A DNA stretch of 64,000 bases. Source: Adineta vaga (lineage: Eukaryota; Animalia; Rotifera). The position numbers and the translations under genes were made by a program. Every line of letters begins with the position of its first letter. Within the stretch, counting starts at the first letter, position 1. Below the pieces are notes generated by a model, which saw only the letters and a list, made by a program, of their open reading frames with translations, was not told the origin of the DNA and did not search any database. Location of the stretch: NCBI GenBank assembly GCA_021613535.1, contig CP075497.1, positions 13,516,001-13,580,000 of the forward strand, in the 5' to 3' direction. This document shows positions 26,700-39,905 of the stretch, one piece after another.

Positions 26700-27040
26700 A
26701 TTTTTCATTAAAACCACCGGTTACCAATGGTTTCTCAGAAAACCGTCGGTTAAAATCGGTGTTTCGTTTTACGCTTCTGTTTTATTGATTTTTTTACTAT
26801 TTTGTTAGTAAATCTCATTGAGAAGCTCGTTTACAGCGAAAATATCAATGTTCGATAAGCTAGAACTAATTATACTCAAACTCGATAATTAAGCAAAATT
26901 AGGCGATGTGGCTAGTACCAACGATTTTAGCACACTTACAAATATACAGAAAAAACGGCGGTTAGATGCAGTAACCGAAATGGTTAAGCGCTCAGTACAC
27001 CGGACGGTTAACCGACGTTTTTAGACCGGTTTGAGTGACA
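26700..27040. mobile_element. Degenerate non-autonomous DNA transposon (hAT-like subterminal repeats)
   Basis: Clusters of AACCG/CGGTT motifs at both ends (26710-26765, 26950-27035); right end GAGTGACATG; no TSD found. Confidence 0.45.
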
Positions 27041-27059
27041 TGGTTCTTTTGCTATCTAT

Positions 27060-27442
27060 CACTCATAAATAAGACAACAATGGTGCCATGACAATTTTTC
27101 AGCATTGATCGATAAAGATCATTGGATTACTGTATTTGGGATGAATTTGTGAAGGTCATCAACTGGAATAAAGTGACATATAAAGCAACATTAATCCAAG
27201 AATTAAAAAGAGCATTAACAAAATTCGGAAAAATTTTGTGTTTGAAAGTTGTAATTGTTGGACAAATCGATTGTATCGTATGTCACAAAGTAATGGAGAT
27301 TATTTAAGATAATAAAAATATATTGATTTTCTAGAGAATTTGACGAGGAATCTTTTGCTAAAAGCATTTTTTTTATAAACACTAAAATATGAGCGAAATA
27401 AATGCAAAATACGTAGAGGCGCATTTATTCTGACACACCCGT
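27060..27442 (+). mobile_element. Tc1/mariner-family 3' remnant
   Basis: LDYCIWDE (eroded SPDLNPLDYxIW motif), then TIR-like GCGCATTTATTCTGACACACCCGT followed by TA. Confidence 0.65.
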
Positions 27443-27756
27443 TAAATAGAAAATCTGGGGAGCTTGAATGATTTCTAGAGGGGTTCAGCTAATTCTTGGC
27501 GTCGCTACTATGTCAATGGCCTATTTAAATACTCGTCTGAATATGATTCTCAAGAAACAACGCAATTTCAAGATTTCCAGACAATTTCTAGGACATGGAT
27601 AATTATCCGAATATCTGCGCTTATTTATTAATTGAAAAGCAAATTCACTCAAATTAATTAAGAAAAAAATACATCAGTTTATTTATATGAATTAATTAAG
27701 TGTGCGGTGAATAAGAACGAGATTCTTATCCTCACATTGAAATATTCTTTGAAAAG

Positions 27757-29610
27757 TTAACCGGTGGTTATTAGATGAATTTTTTGTTTAAAACATAAAA
27801 TATAATTTTTATATAATATTTTAAATTTTAATTCTTCAATCATTAATTCATTGATAATTGATTCAATTGTTGAATTTAATGAAAAACGATTAGATAATAA
27901 AGAAGTTCTTTTAATTGCTCGAAAAGTATTTGATGAATCAATACATGTTTGATTATATAAATATTGAATTGATGTTTTTAAGATTGTTTCAATTGGATAA
28001 TAACCAATTAACATTCCACGTGACGAAGAAACACATTTTGATAATAATCCACAATGACATTCATTATATGATAATGGTATTGTATGATATACTTGATCAT
28101 TACTTATATTATTATTTTTGTAAAGTATATGTCCAACTAGTAAATAAATTATTTATAATCATATTTGATCCAATTGTTTCTCGAATTAATCAAAGTATAT
28201 TGACAAATAATTTTGGCATTGTTCTCTGAAAATCAAATATCATGTTTTTTAAATGTTTATTTAATAAATCAAATGATAAAAGTTCAATATTAATAAAATC
28301 ACTTGAACCTAATTGAATCAATGCATTTTCAACTGTTTCTTTAGATAAACGACAAAAAGAAGAAAGAATTTCAAATTGAACATTTGCCGAACGTAAAAAA
28401 TCATCTCTATCATATATATAGTGCAACAAGATATTTGTAACGAGATAAATAAGATATCCATTCATTAGATATAAAACAACTTGTACAAATATCATGAGAA
28501 CGTGGTGTCATATTAAGAATTAAACGATATTTAATTGATATTTGAGAACAAGTACAAGTAAATGAATCAAAAGATTTATCATTTAATTGTTCATATATAG
28601 ATAATGTTGGTTTATTAATTTGAATAGTTTTAATAGATGATGTAAAACTAGAAAAATAAAAAAGAATTAAAAAGAGTTATAATAACAAAAATAAAATGTA
28701 ATCGATGAATTATTCGATGTTCTGTTGAACAAAGAAATATATTTTGAATAAATCGAATTAGAATATGATGATTATAAACTTCATTTGTAGTGAATTTATC
28801 AATAAATTGTAAAAGAATTATAAAAAAATAGTTTTATTCCAAGAGATAATCCACCAAATATACCAAAAATAGTTGTTACAAGAACAAAAAGATTATTTCG
28901 ACCTTGATATCGATATGTACAAAATAATGGTTCACAAATTTAATAACCATTCATCAATCATCAATTTATTAACAAGAATATTAATTGTTTCATTAGGAAA
29001 ATTAAGATTTGAATTAAGAGTAGAAAAATTAAAAGATATTGTCGAATTTAAATAATTATTGATTTCTAATAAACATAAAATATTATAAAAACATTCTAAT
29101 CTTGATATTAATAATGATGTTACTTGATAACAACCAATAAATAATAGTAGTTGTAAGAGAATCTATATCATAATTATATATATATATTAGAAAGTGAATG
29201 ACATGTTGATGAAACACCACAAGTATAATTTGAATAAATAATTGTGTCGATTAAAATTCGACGTTCTGAATTGAATTGCATTCCGAAATTATTCATATTA
29301 TTCAATCGATTTCCTTCTATAGTTGTTTGAAATAATTGAATTGTTGTAAGAAATGTTTTCATTGTAGTTAGAATTTCCAATCTCGAAAAGTTGAATTTAT
29401 TTAAATTTCAAATGATTGTGGAGAAATAAGTTTTAAACTAAAAAAATTTCTTTCAAGAAATAATCGAAATTGATTAAGTGGCGCAGTAAGTCGAAAATCA
29501 TTATAGACAAAATTTTTATTTTCTGCTGTTGAATCGAATAAATAATTTATCCATTATGATTAGAAACAAAATCACTTGAACATATTTGATGATATTGAGG
29601 ATGAATTGTT
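27757..29610 (-). pseudogene. Decayed member of a large Cys-repeat multi-pass membrane protein family
   Basis: Repeated GCY..SLLISRLECFYN..C / GYYPIETILKTSIQYLYNQTC and IHPQYHQICSSDFVS motifs with many stops. Confidence 0.55.
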
Positions 29611-29621
29611 CGAATAGTTAA

Positions 29622-29925
29622 CCCTTTCACGCGTAGATTTTATATGATCACTTTTTGATGATATTTAAAACCCAAGTATGTATGATGTGCCTCGTTATAG
29701 CTATCACTATGAGAATAGTTTATATAAACGGTTTAGCAAAGGGAAAAAAAGATAATCAAAATCCATTGTATCAAGGTAAAACAAGAATTATATATTGTTC
29801 TCCCATTGCTAAACCGTTTACATAAACTATTCTTGTGTTGATCGCTATATCATGAGGTACATCATACGTAACCGCGCGATAAATATCAGCAAAAACTGTT
29901 CATCCAAAAGTCGCTCGTTAAAGGG
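29622..29925. mobile_element. piggyBac-like MITE
   Basis: TTAA|CCCTTTCACG ... CGTTAAAGGG|TTAA with TTAA on both sides and an imperfect internal palindrome. Confidence 0.85.
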
Positions 29926-30602
29926 TTAATAACAAAGATGCAACGAAATTTAATGTTGCGATTAACGGCTTCATGTCTAAATGGACACTTTATATTTCCT
30001 AATTGAAGTCAACGAAGACCAGTATTCTTAAGATAACTCGTCACAGACTAATTTCTGGCTGAGTGTGAGTGTTTTTTATGCAAAATTACAAGATAAATTA
30101 CATTATTAATAAATTTTTCTGATCTGTTCATTTGAAAATTAGACTGATAATTTGATTCTCTATGGTTTCTATATGTTTCACTTTTAATCAGTAGAATTCT
30201 TGTATTTGTGCCTTCGCGACGATTTCCTTATTTTTCCCTAAACGATTACCACAACCCACATTTTCGAACGTGTGAAAAGCAAAAGAATGATATTATATCG
30301 AAAGAGATGATAACAGTTTAAAAGACAAATCGTCTTTATCCATGGTTTTTTTATCAATCAAGACATTGATTGTAAAGATATGGGAAAAGGAAATATTCCA
30401 TTACTCTTTCGACATAATTTTATAGATGCGTAATTTCCAACTTTTTTCAAACAGTCATGATAAAATCCAATGGCGAATATATTTTTCTCTCGCCACAAAC
30501 AACGCATAGAAATCTGTTGATAGTAGCGTACTCTAACAACGACGCATGTATATACATAGGTTATTTACAAAAAAAAGTCATTTCTGTTTCACATTTATGT
30601 GA

Positions 30603-31250
30603 ATGGCGTTGACTGCATCAAATGAAATTTCACTTTTGCCGTACGATATTAATGATCCTCGAAAGATATTGAAAACTTTAATTCGTTGTATTATGCGAAC
30701 ATTCTATGAAGTACCGAAATCTCTTGTTATTGAATATATTTATCATCATGAGCCCATTAAACTACAAGATTTAGCTGAATATTTATGTTTAGATCCGAAA
30801 ACACTTCACTCATACATTGAAGACTTTAAAAAGGATAAATTTATCATAGAGGATCATTGTCGTGAGTTAAATGAAAGTGCAGCTCGTCAACATAGTCAAG
30901 ATCAATATTATTATAAAATTGATACGACAACATTTATTAATGTTGTTCGATATCGGTTAATTCATATGCAATTGAATGTTGAAAATCTTGAACGACAACA
31001 CACGTGTAAATCATTGAATTATAAATGTGAACAATGTGCAAAAGAATATACAGAATTAGGTTTTGGTAAATTACGTATTCCAATGCAAGATTTACATGTT
31101 TGTTCAATGTGTGGTGGAGTCGTACATGAAGAAGTTGAAACAACAGTGACAAATCGACAAACAATTAGTCGCCGTTTATTTTATGAAGAAATGAAACCAA
31201 TTTATGATATTTTGGAAAAAATTGATGAAATTATGAAACAAGAACAATGA
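30603..31250 (+). CDS. TFIIE-alpha-like protein (winged helix + zinc ribbon), intronless and C-terminally truncated
   Basis: LIRCIMRTFY, YYYKIDTTTFINVVRYRL, CEQC..YTEL...CSMCGGVVHEE, FYEEMKPIYDIL resemble the GTF2E1 N-terminal half; coding-like remnant with stops continues past TGA. Confidence 0.8.
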   Translation: MALTASNEISLLPYDINDPRKILKTLIRCIMRTFYEVPKSLVIEYIYHHEPIKLQDLAEYLCLDPKTLHSYIEDFKKDKFIIEDHCRELNESAARQHSQDQYYYKIDTTTFINVVRYRLIHMQLNVENLERQHTCKSLNYKCEQCAKEYTELGFGKLRIPMQDLHVCSMCGGVVHEEVETTVTNRQTISRRLFYEEMKPIYDILEKIDEIMKQEQ

Positions 31251-31506
31251 TTAAAGAATATATCCGATCAAGATTTTTTTTCAACAAAATAGAAACTCAT
31301 CATTATCAATAAATACATATCGTTCATATGCATCGAATGTATTTGATCGTGCAACAACAATTAATCATAATATGTAGATTGTTGTGCAAAATGACGATGA
31401 TGATCATGTTTTATCGATGCATATCGACTCTTCTAAATGAATCAAGTCAACAATAAATAAATAGTAAAAAAAAGGAAACAACCATTAAAAGCATATCATT
31501 TGAAGT

Positions 31507-31930
31507 AAAGTCGTCCAAAAAGTCTGTGCGTGTGAATAGTTTTTAAATATCTCCAGAATGAAATGAGATAGAGACCTGCGGTTTTCACCATTAGATAGCT
31601 ACAACGACAGCGCACGTTTCCCCTTTTGCATAAACCATTCGTGGAACTTTTCCACATTCACTTTATGGCGAATCTCTGAAAAGTTGACTGATAACTCAAA
31701 AACTTTACATAAGAACCGGCCGATTTAGAGAGCATCGTTGCTACAGTCTCCTATTTCACAAATATAACCATCATGATCTGTTTCAATATATCAAGGTATA
31801 GACGTTTTACTGTAATCTATCTCACAAAAAAGTTTGTTTATTTCTAAAATGGTTGAGATTTCTCATCTTCAAGTGCAGGGCCTTGATGAAACTGATGAGT
31901 TTTCATTAAAAACTTAATCTACGAAATACA
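31507..31930. mobile_element. Probable DNA transposon remnant
   Basis: Begins AGTCGTCCAAAAAGTCTGTGCG followed by TIR-style motifs (AAATATCTCC..GAGATAGAGACCTGCGGTTTTCACCATTAGATAG); no partner end located. Confidence 0.35.
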
Positions 31931-32033
31931 AAAGGCAAAATAGGAAGAATAAAGGCTAAAGCATTCTGTTTCTTATCTGAATATATTAATCTTTATTTTC
32001 AGATCCAGTCAAATCCGACTCAATATCTTCCAT

Positions 32034-32124
32034 GAGGGTGTGGATGGGTGGATGTGAGTTTAGGTGAGGGTGAGGGTGAGGGTGTGTGCGCGAGTATTAA
32101 TCTTTCTGCCACCCACACCCACCC
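32034..32124. repeat. Mini-element with head-to-head telomere-type repeats (locus C)
   Basis: ...GGTGAGGGTGAGGGTGAGGGTGTG - TGCGCGAGTATTAATCTTTCTG - CCACCCACACCCACCC. Confidence 0.8.
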
Positions 32125-32889
32125 AATATTCTTCAATGAAAATATTGTATTTTGTTTAAATCAACTCAAATGTCTTAAAACATCGAAATGTGATTTCAAT
32201 TCATATAACTATAATCTAAATGAAGGATCTTCAATTGATATATTTGATGGTCAATCTGATTCATTGACTCGTCTTAGTATTCTTTTCTTTGAAGAATCTT
32301 TTCTTGGTCCTGTTCTCGAAATGGTGCGCTTTCCACAATGAAGACATCTAAACTTATAAAAAATTTCATTCTTCGATCTTATTGATCTCATATTGATCTA
32401 GATTTCAAGAACAATCGTGTAGCAAGTTCCGAGCAAATGTCAGTCTTGCTTCATGCTTGTCCTCAACTCAAGAATCTTGTATTTCAAAGAACACGACTTC
32501 ACGTATGAGGATTCAAAATGGAATGATTTTAATAATTCATTTGATAGCACATTTTGGCAAAGTAAAGGAACAAAAATTTAACGTGAAATAATTTATAATG
32601 AGCATGGAGATAACACTGCTTATTTTCTTGTTCAGATTTAAGAAACTATGAACTTCTTCATTGATCACATCGAAAATAAGATGTCATTAAATAAAATATA
32701 CTTTTAATTGATATTTACAAAAAGAAAATTATTATTTTCTATTAAACTTCTTGGTTCTGATTTTCCAATAAATAATGAGAAGTGAATTTGATAAAGTTTT
32801 CTGTGATAAACCAAACTTTTTCAAGCTGGACAATATTAACAGTTAGAAGCGAATAAATATACGTTACAAGAAGGAAACGTTAGAGAGTG

Positions 32890-32954
32890 GGGTGTGGATG
32901 TGCGTGTTTATATTTCTCCTTCAATTATCTTCACTCACAGCCACATCCACACCC
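32890..32954. repeat. Mini-element with head-to-head telomere-type repeats (locus D)
   Basis: Perfect 13-bp inverted repeat GGGTGTGGATGTG (32890-32902) / CACATCCACACCC (32942-32954). Confidence 0.7.
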
Positions 32955-33181
32955 TTTATTCGATATAAAGACATGGAATACGAAATTATTTTTCATCACT
33001 CTTATCAAGATTCAAAAATCAAATAAATTTTATTATAATAGACAATGGTTGTGTATTTTTATTGGATAAACTTTGTCATAATATGTTAGGCAAAAAATCT
33101 GTATATGTCATGAATAAGATAATAATGAAATATGCATTGTAATAGATAAGATATGAAAATATTTTATTTTTTCATATGTAA

Positions 33182-35311
33182 ATGATTCTTTTAAAGTTCT
33201 TTTTATTATATATTTTTCATTTAAATTTAATTCAATCACAAACGATATGTTTAAATAATACAATTATCACTTGTTATTGTACACATGGTGAAGGAGCTGT
33301 GACTTGCCTTGAAAATCTTCCAAGTAATGAAACTTTTATTGATTGGTCACTTTCATCAATTGAACATGAACGTTTTTCATTTAATTTTGTCAATTTGACA
33401 CATTTAACACCTTTTACATTTACAAATTTTTCATCAAAATTTCCTTTATTGACCAATATCGAATTTTATTTTCGATATGGAATTGATAAAATAACTGAAA
33501 ATACTTTTCAATTCTTAAATTCTTATCCTTCTTCAAGAATTCATTTAACATTTGATTTACCGCGAAAATTTCAATTAGCTGATTATGCATTTGGTCAATT
33601 AAAATATAATGAAATAACAATTTCAAATATTCAATATACTAATATTTTTACTCTTCCATATCAATTCAATTTAAAAGCATTTGATAATACAAATATTTCT
33701 CATATAAGTATTACAAATTCTAAACAAATCGATTTTATTTTAAATCAATCATCATCATTATTATTAAAATGGTCAGAAGTTATATTTACAAATTGTTCAA
33801 TAGAAAATGCTGATCTTCTTACTGAAAGTTTATCATCTGAATTCTTAACAACATTGGATTTATCATTCAATAGATTAATTCAAATACCTTCTTTAATTAA
33901 ATTTACTAAACTAACAAATATAAATTTACAGAATAATTTAATTGAAGAAATCAAATCACATAGATTTACAAATTTAATTCATGTTTATCAACTTGATTTA
34001 TCACATAATTCTATAAGTCATATATCACCTGATGCATTTATTGGATTAACAACTTTAATTACTTTAAGATTAGATAATAATTATTTACATTCACTTGAAA
34101 TTTTAACATCTCATAATGAATTAACATCATTTTTATATCCATTAAATCAAACATTAAATACTCTGGATTTATCAAAGAATTTTCTACATGATTTTAAACC
34201 TATACAAAATCTTTCATCATTAAAAACATTAGGATTATCTTATAATCAAATAAAACATTTAGATGAATTTGCATTTAAAAAAGCACAACAACTTAAATCA
34301 ATTGATTTAAGTTTTAATCATATTGAATCAATTCATCCATTTACGTTTAATGGAACTATAGTAGAATATCTTGATTTGTCATCGAATTTATTTTCTTCAT
34401 TAGAAACAACTAAAATTATATATGATCAACAATTTAAACCTAAAAATCAAACAATTTCATTTCTTGATAGTATTACATCAACACTTATCACATTATCATT
34501 AGCGAATTGTACAAATCTATTAGAAATTAATTGGTTTGTTTTTACCAAATTGAGTTCATTGATGCAATTGGATCTTTCTGAAATACCAAAAACAGATAAA
34601 TTCTGGTATTTACAATCAAGATATGAGAATAATTCAACAATTATTCATTGGGATCATTATTTACCTAAACTTAAGATTAATTTTAATTCAATTCAATTTA
34701 ATAATTATGATTATTGTTTATCGAAATCAATCTTTCAAATTTTCAATCGAACACGTTTATTTATTGATGATAATCATCCATGTAATTGTTTTGTATACAT
34801 GTTGAAACAAAAACTTGATTCAGAAACATATCCAAGTTGTTTATTAAATCAATCGACTATCGATCAATTAGCTCAAGAATGTATAAATATGGATTTCACT
34901 TGTTTTTCATGGGCAAGTAGTACAACTCAGTTATCATCAAGTACAAGTTCTTCATCTTTAACTAGTACTTTGACATCAACAACAACAAGGATAACAGAAT
35001 CATCATCATCAAGTACACGTTCTTCATCTATAAGTAGTAGTAGTACTTTGACATCAACAACAACAAAAGTAACAGAATCAATATCAAGTTTGACAACATT
35101 AATTACAACGACAAAGATTCTGACGACATTAGGAACACGAAAAGATGATGGAAAATGGAAAACAATATTGGCCATAATGATTCCTTTAACAATCATTGTT
35201 ATTATTTTAGCTTTAGCTGGCATTTATATTGTTAAAAGACGAAAGAATAAGAATTCTAAGGAAACTATTGAGATGGATGGAGCATTTGTGAATATATTTG
35301 CTAAAAAATAA
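33182..35311 (+). CDS. Single-pass leucine-rich repeat receptor, no TIR domain
   Basis: Intronless 709 aa: signal peptide, LxxLDLSxNxI repeats, PCNC cap, Ser/Thr stalk, TM (ILAIMIPLTIIVIILALAGIYIV), short basic tail. Confidence 0.92.
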   Translation: MILLKFFLLYIFHLNLIQSQTICLNNTIITCYCTHGEGAVTCLENLPSNETFIDWSLSSIEHERFSFNFVNLTHLTPFTFTNFSSKFPLLTNIEFYFRYGIDKITENTFQFLNSYPSSRIHLTFDLPRKFQLADYAFGQLKYNEITISNIQYTNIFTLPYQFNLKAFDNTNISHISITNSKQIDFILNQSSSLLLKWSEVIFTNCSIENADLLTESLSSEFLTTLDLSFNRLIQIPSLIKFTKLTNINLQNNLIEEIKSHRFTNLIHVYQLDLSHNSISHISPDAFIGLTTLITLRLDNNYLHSLEILTSHNELTSFLYPLNQTLNTLDLSKNFLHDFKPIQNLSSLKTLGLSYNQIKHLDEFAFKKAQQLKSIDLSFNHIESIHPFTFNGTIVEYLDLSSNLFSSLETTKIIYDQQFKPKNQTISFLDSITSTLITLSLANCTNLLEINWFVFTKLSSLMQLDLSEIPKTDKFWYLQSRYENNSTIIHWDHYLPKLKINFNSIQFNNYDYCLSKSIFQIFNRTRLFIDDNHPCNCFVYMLKQKLDSETYPSCLLNQSTIDQLAQECINMDFTCFSWASSTTQLSSSTSSSSLTSTLTSTTTRITESSSSSTRSSSISSSSTLTSTTTKVTESISSLTTLITTTKILTTLGTRKDDGKWKTILAIMIPLTIIVIILALAGIYIVKRRKNKNSKETIEMDGAFVNIFAKK

Positions 35312-35364
35312 CTTTTTTTTGGTTAATTGCATTATTCGATTGCATTTCGAAATAAATTTTCAGA

Positions 35365-35415
35365 GATGACTCTCATCAGTATCTCGGTTGAGTTCGAAGA
35401 TGAGAAAGATCCGTC
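35365..35415. mobile_element. Fragment of Helentron-related terminal sequence
   Basis: TCTCATCAGTATCTCGGTTGAGTTCGAAGATGAG matches TCTCATCAATATCTCGGTCGAGTTCGAAGATGAG at ~59919-59952. Confidence 0.65.
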
Positions 35416-35504
35416 ATGAAATGGTTGAGTTATGAAAAAAGTTGTCATTATTAACCAGACCATCTTTGAGGGGGAGTACAGGGATGTCTTTTCAAAAAAA
35501 CTGT

Positions 35505-38500
35505 TTTTTTTTATATAGGCTATTCAATAGAGAATTTTAGGCTCTACAGCTTTCCAATGCATCATTTGTTTCCAACTTGCTCGTTAGAAATGATAAAAGT
35601 CCTTTTTTGATGAACGTAAAAATCACATATGTCTTGCAATAGTACAGAATTTTAAAAAATTCAATAAAAGTAAAGGAATCTGAAGAAATTTAACCTTATT
35701 GTGTTTAGATGTTCATGACTATTATTTTGTGCTCTGGTCCTAGTGTATTTATGAGAAAATATGCTGTTTGTTACTTAATCGATTACCCTAAGCTTCGCAT
35801 AAAATAACAGCATTTTATTGAATATGAAGGCAAACGAGTTAAACAAACAAATACTGTATTTTTTCTTCTTCTTTATTTAGAAAACATTCAACATTTTATG
35901 TTGAAGGTAATAAACGTCGAGTTCATTAGAACATCCCAGCTCGATATTCCATCTCTTCTTCTTCAGCCAATTGTGCGTCAAGTCGTTGTTCTTCCTTACG
36001 TTTTCTAATGATTTCTTGTCGTTGAACATTATGTTCGGCTTTTGCAACTCGTTTACTATCTTTTCCTAGAAGAGTATTTAAAAATTCTTCCGTAATAGAT
36101 ATACCATCTTGATCGACCACGATTAAAGAAAATTGTCGCAACTACTGCAGCACCATGAATTGATCGATATCCATGATATTTTGCCTTAGGTAAAATGGAC
36201 CAAAGAACGGAATTAATCGATTCGTTCGCATTTTGGATTGCACCTCGTAGACATCGTTGTAATAGTGACAGATCAATTAATGTGTTTATCATAGGTGTTA
36301 AAATTTCCAAGAAAACCTACAGATTATGAACACACTTTGAAATTAAAAGAAAAACATGTTAGTCTCACTGGATCAAGGCGTTTCGTGTCTTTGACCAAAT
36401 CCGTTCGTTCTTTTAACGGAAGATATTTATCTATTTGATAAGAACACCACGAATCGAGTCCCTTGGGACATAACGAATGTTGCAGTTCACGATCGGATTG
36501 CTTGATATTGTGCATAAAGGAAGCTTGACAATTACGTTGCATAAGTATGACAACATCATCTTCATCCATATCTACAATGAAATCTTAACTTGTAACCGTC
36601 GAAAGTGATCAATGTACCTTTAGCTAATTGACTACTTCGTCGAATTGCCAGACCATAATAATCGGACAGTTTTTGTCATACGACCATTACTACCACCATA
36701 TGGTTTGCCGTCAGATAAACGACGTCGAGTACGAGTTTTACGAACCATCGGTGCACTATTTTCTTTTCCGGGTACTGTTACGATTAAATTATTTTCTTCT
36801 CGTTCATTTTCGAAACCCGTATATCGACTTTTTAATGTTTTTAGTTGACTGGAAATTCTCTTTTTAACGTGATTAATACAGTCTTCTTTTGTAACCACAT
36901 AATACGAATATTGAGTAGATGAAACATCCAATTGAACAGTACTGTTAAGATTAGGCAAGTTTACATTAGTCGAATTCGTAGTTGTTCGATCATTAGCAAT
37001 ATCTGAACGTGTACGATCATCACTTAATAAATTAACATATGTGTGCTTTACAGCTTCATAGGCACTCGAATCAACGTCGCTAATTACATTCGTATAACGA
37101 AGTCCTAAATATCAACATTACAACGAACACATGGTATTTGGTCATAGTACCTTTTTCAAGAGATCGTTCGAAAATTTTTCTTGCGCCTTCCTTTTCCATC
37201 CCGCCCGCAGTATCATCCCATGTTTTGAAACATTTCTTCCGATGATTTGAAAACTTAGGAAAAAATGATCAGTCTTACAAAGGATAAATGCCGATGATCC
37301 TACCCATTTTCTGAATTCAGTTGTTGTCAATGTACGTTGCCTCGTTTCACAAGCTTCACACCATGTACTTAGAGTTTCGAAATCTAAACAGTAACCAGAA
37401 TCAGCATCGATCAAAAAAACAACACCACACATAGAATGATGACCTCGTTTTTTCCAAGTACCATCAAGAGATACAGTCATGTTCAAGATCGTTTTAGAAT
37501 CACATCCTTGACTGAGGCGGATTTTGCCAATTATAGACAGGAAATCGGCATGAGTGAAATCAAACAACTGGTCGTACCTAGATGAAATAATATACGACTA
37601 AATAGAAAAAGTTCGTTAACTCACAGATTATGAACTTATTTATAAAAATTTGACCGATGAAGCATACTCACTCCCAACAGTGACATAACAAATTGAATTC
37701 CATCATGACCAATACCACTTATGGCACTTGCCGTATATAAATGTTGATTAGGTTCTTGTAACTGATTCATAGATTGACCGGGAAAATTTGTTAAATCAGT
37801 AGTTCGCTCACTGATTGAACATTTTAAACCATTTTTGTGAAATAAACCAGAATTCTTTTCTTCGTCAATAATAACCTCAAGTCGACCACCAGGACATATG
37901 TGAGCAGTAGCAATACATTCTTTAAGGTGATTGACATCGAAGATTTGACCCGATCCCTCAGTAATTTCATGACTTGAAGCGCTGTAAATGAACATCCTCA
38001 GTATAATTACTATAAAAATATGTCCAATCTTTCAATAGACAATCGAATTTTCTGAAAACTACGTGAAGTTTGTTTTCCATCAGAAGTTATGGTTTTGTCG
38101 ATGTCATTTGATGGATTCATATTGTTGACCGAATTTTGAGATGTTTTCAGATTAAAACTCGTCGAGCGAGACGTTGATCCCAGAACTCTATCTGACGTAT
38201 GAACAGGCGAAGATTTATCAAGATCTTCATCAGCAAAGCTTTCATCTGATAACATTTTTTATACCAAACCAATTAAGGCATAACGGTTAACGGTCACTTG
38301 TCAAATTTTACGTCAAAATCTCTCGTTTTCTATTCGACGAAATAAATCATCCTATCGTTGATAAAAATTATTCAATTTCTTCCAATAACTTGGGAGGTTA
38401 ACAAAATTTCAATTTTTTGTAGGTTTGTGAAAAAATACGGGCATAAATTGTAACTCATTATAGAGATCACCAGTTCTCGTGATTTTTCCTTTGACCCATC

Positions 38501-38752
38501 TTATCCTGGGCACCAACTCATGAACATCTGAACACAATAAGGTTAAATTTCTTCAGATTCCTTTACTTTTATTGAATTTTTTAAAATTCTGTACTATTGC
38601 AAGACATATGTGATTTTTACGTTCATCAAAAAAGGACTTTTATCATTTCTAACGAGCAAGTTGGAAACAAATGATGCATTGGAAAGCTGTAGAGCCTAAA
38701 ATTCTCTATTGAATAGCCTATATTTAAAAAAAATTTGAATGGATTATAGTCC
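35505..38752 (-). mobile_element. Kolobok/Mutator-like DDE DNA transposon with ~205-bp inverted repeats
   Basis: 35513-35718 is the near-perfect reverse complement of 38518-38723; right end GGATTATAGTCC|TTAA; the matching left tip is missing. Confidence 0.85.
35926..38255 (-). pseudogene. Intron-containing transposase, degenerate
   Basis: VSLDGTWKKRGHHS, RYTNVISDVDS, KEDCINHVKKR, CPKGLDSWC and QNANESINSVLWSILPK motifs spread over exons/frames. Confidence 0.8.
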
Positions 38753-38756
38753 TTAA

Positions 38757-39117
38757 AACACGACTGAAAGTGGTTGGAACATGAAAAAACGTAAAATTTG
38801 AGCGATATTTCACTATTAACTATTATAAAAATATTCTGTTAAGATCTTAATTCTATATGAAATTGATAGAGAAAACGGATTCTGCATCTTTTGATATAAA
38901 AATAGTTATATTTCTCTTTTATTTTGTAATCACAATTTAGAAAATACAGAGAGTAGGTTTAGTCCAAATTTTGACTAAAATTTTGACCTTTGTCGACATT
39001 TTTCACCCTACTCGATACATAACAAATAGGCCCAAAATTCTCAGAGTATATGCAAAAAAATATGCTCTATCTAATGAACACATAAAAAGGGGCACTTGAA
39101 GGGTCGCGACCCCCTTC
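38757..39117. mobile_element. End of a second TTAA-targeting non-autonomous element
   Basis: Lies between TTAA (38753) and GAAGGGTCGCGACCCCCTTC|TTAA (39118), where homology to the Helentron OTU region starts abruptly. Confidence 0.5.
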
Positions 39118-39905
39118 TTAATGAGTCATCTGACATGATGGAAATTGAAGAAAACTCTTCTTCAGAGAACTTTGAAATCGTTGATTCCAATTCAAGGAAA
39201 ATTCTTGATCGTTTTCTTTTTACATTTGGTTTTGATAATGTCATCGACACTAATCAAATTTCAAGTCAAGCTCGAATAATCAAAGATTTAATTGAAAAAG
39301 CACCGTTTATAACTATGCAAAATAAAGATAAATCTGTGCGGTTAGAAACACGAGCAGAATATCCCGTTCAAACATTTAATTCAGTTTATGCCCGAACACG
39401 TACGACTGCAGATGGAAACTGTTTATATAGTTCTCTTTCGATATTGAATGTTGGATCTGAGAAACTAACACATTCAATGAGATTGCTGGCACTTAATGCA
39501 ATGATCAATAATATGGATTATTTCGGAACACTTTGTACTATAATAGGATATACACTTGAAGAGCAGTTGGAAAACACTGCTACGCATACAATATGGGGAG
39601 GAGAAGTGCAAATTCAAGCTTTATCTGTAGCACTATCTCATCCTATATATTCTTATGTAAAGTTTAACAATGATCCAAACAGAATAGGTTATATTCCATC
39701 AAATATCAGTTTACAGGAATTAATCGATCGATTTAATAAGCAAACAGCAGGTGGTCATTTAATATATCTTGGATATGAATCAGACAGAAACAAAATAGGA
39801 CTTTGTGTTTATTACACCGGTACACATTATGATGCTCTTTTGCCTTTTCAACATAATCCTCCTCAGCTTGTACCGCATTTTGACCTAATAAACATGACTT
39901 TATAA
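39118..39905 (+). CDS. OTU cysteine protease domain from a Helentron, 5'-truncated but open
   Basis: ADGNCLYSSLS, WGGEVQIQALS, THYDALL; collinear with the OTU region at 60975-61760 (minus). Confidence 0.8.

Noticed and set aside
32125-32680. Coding-like stretch resembling an F-box/LRR protein tail
   Set aside because: Broken frames and too little motif evidence for a call.
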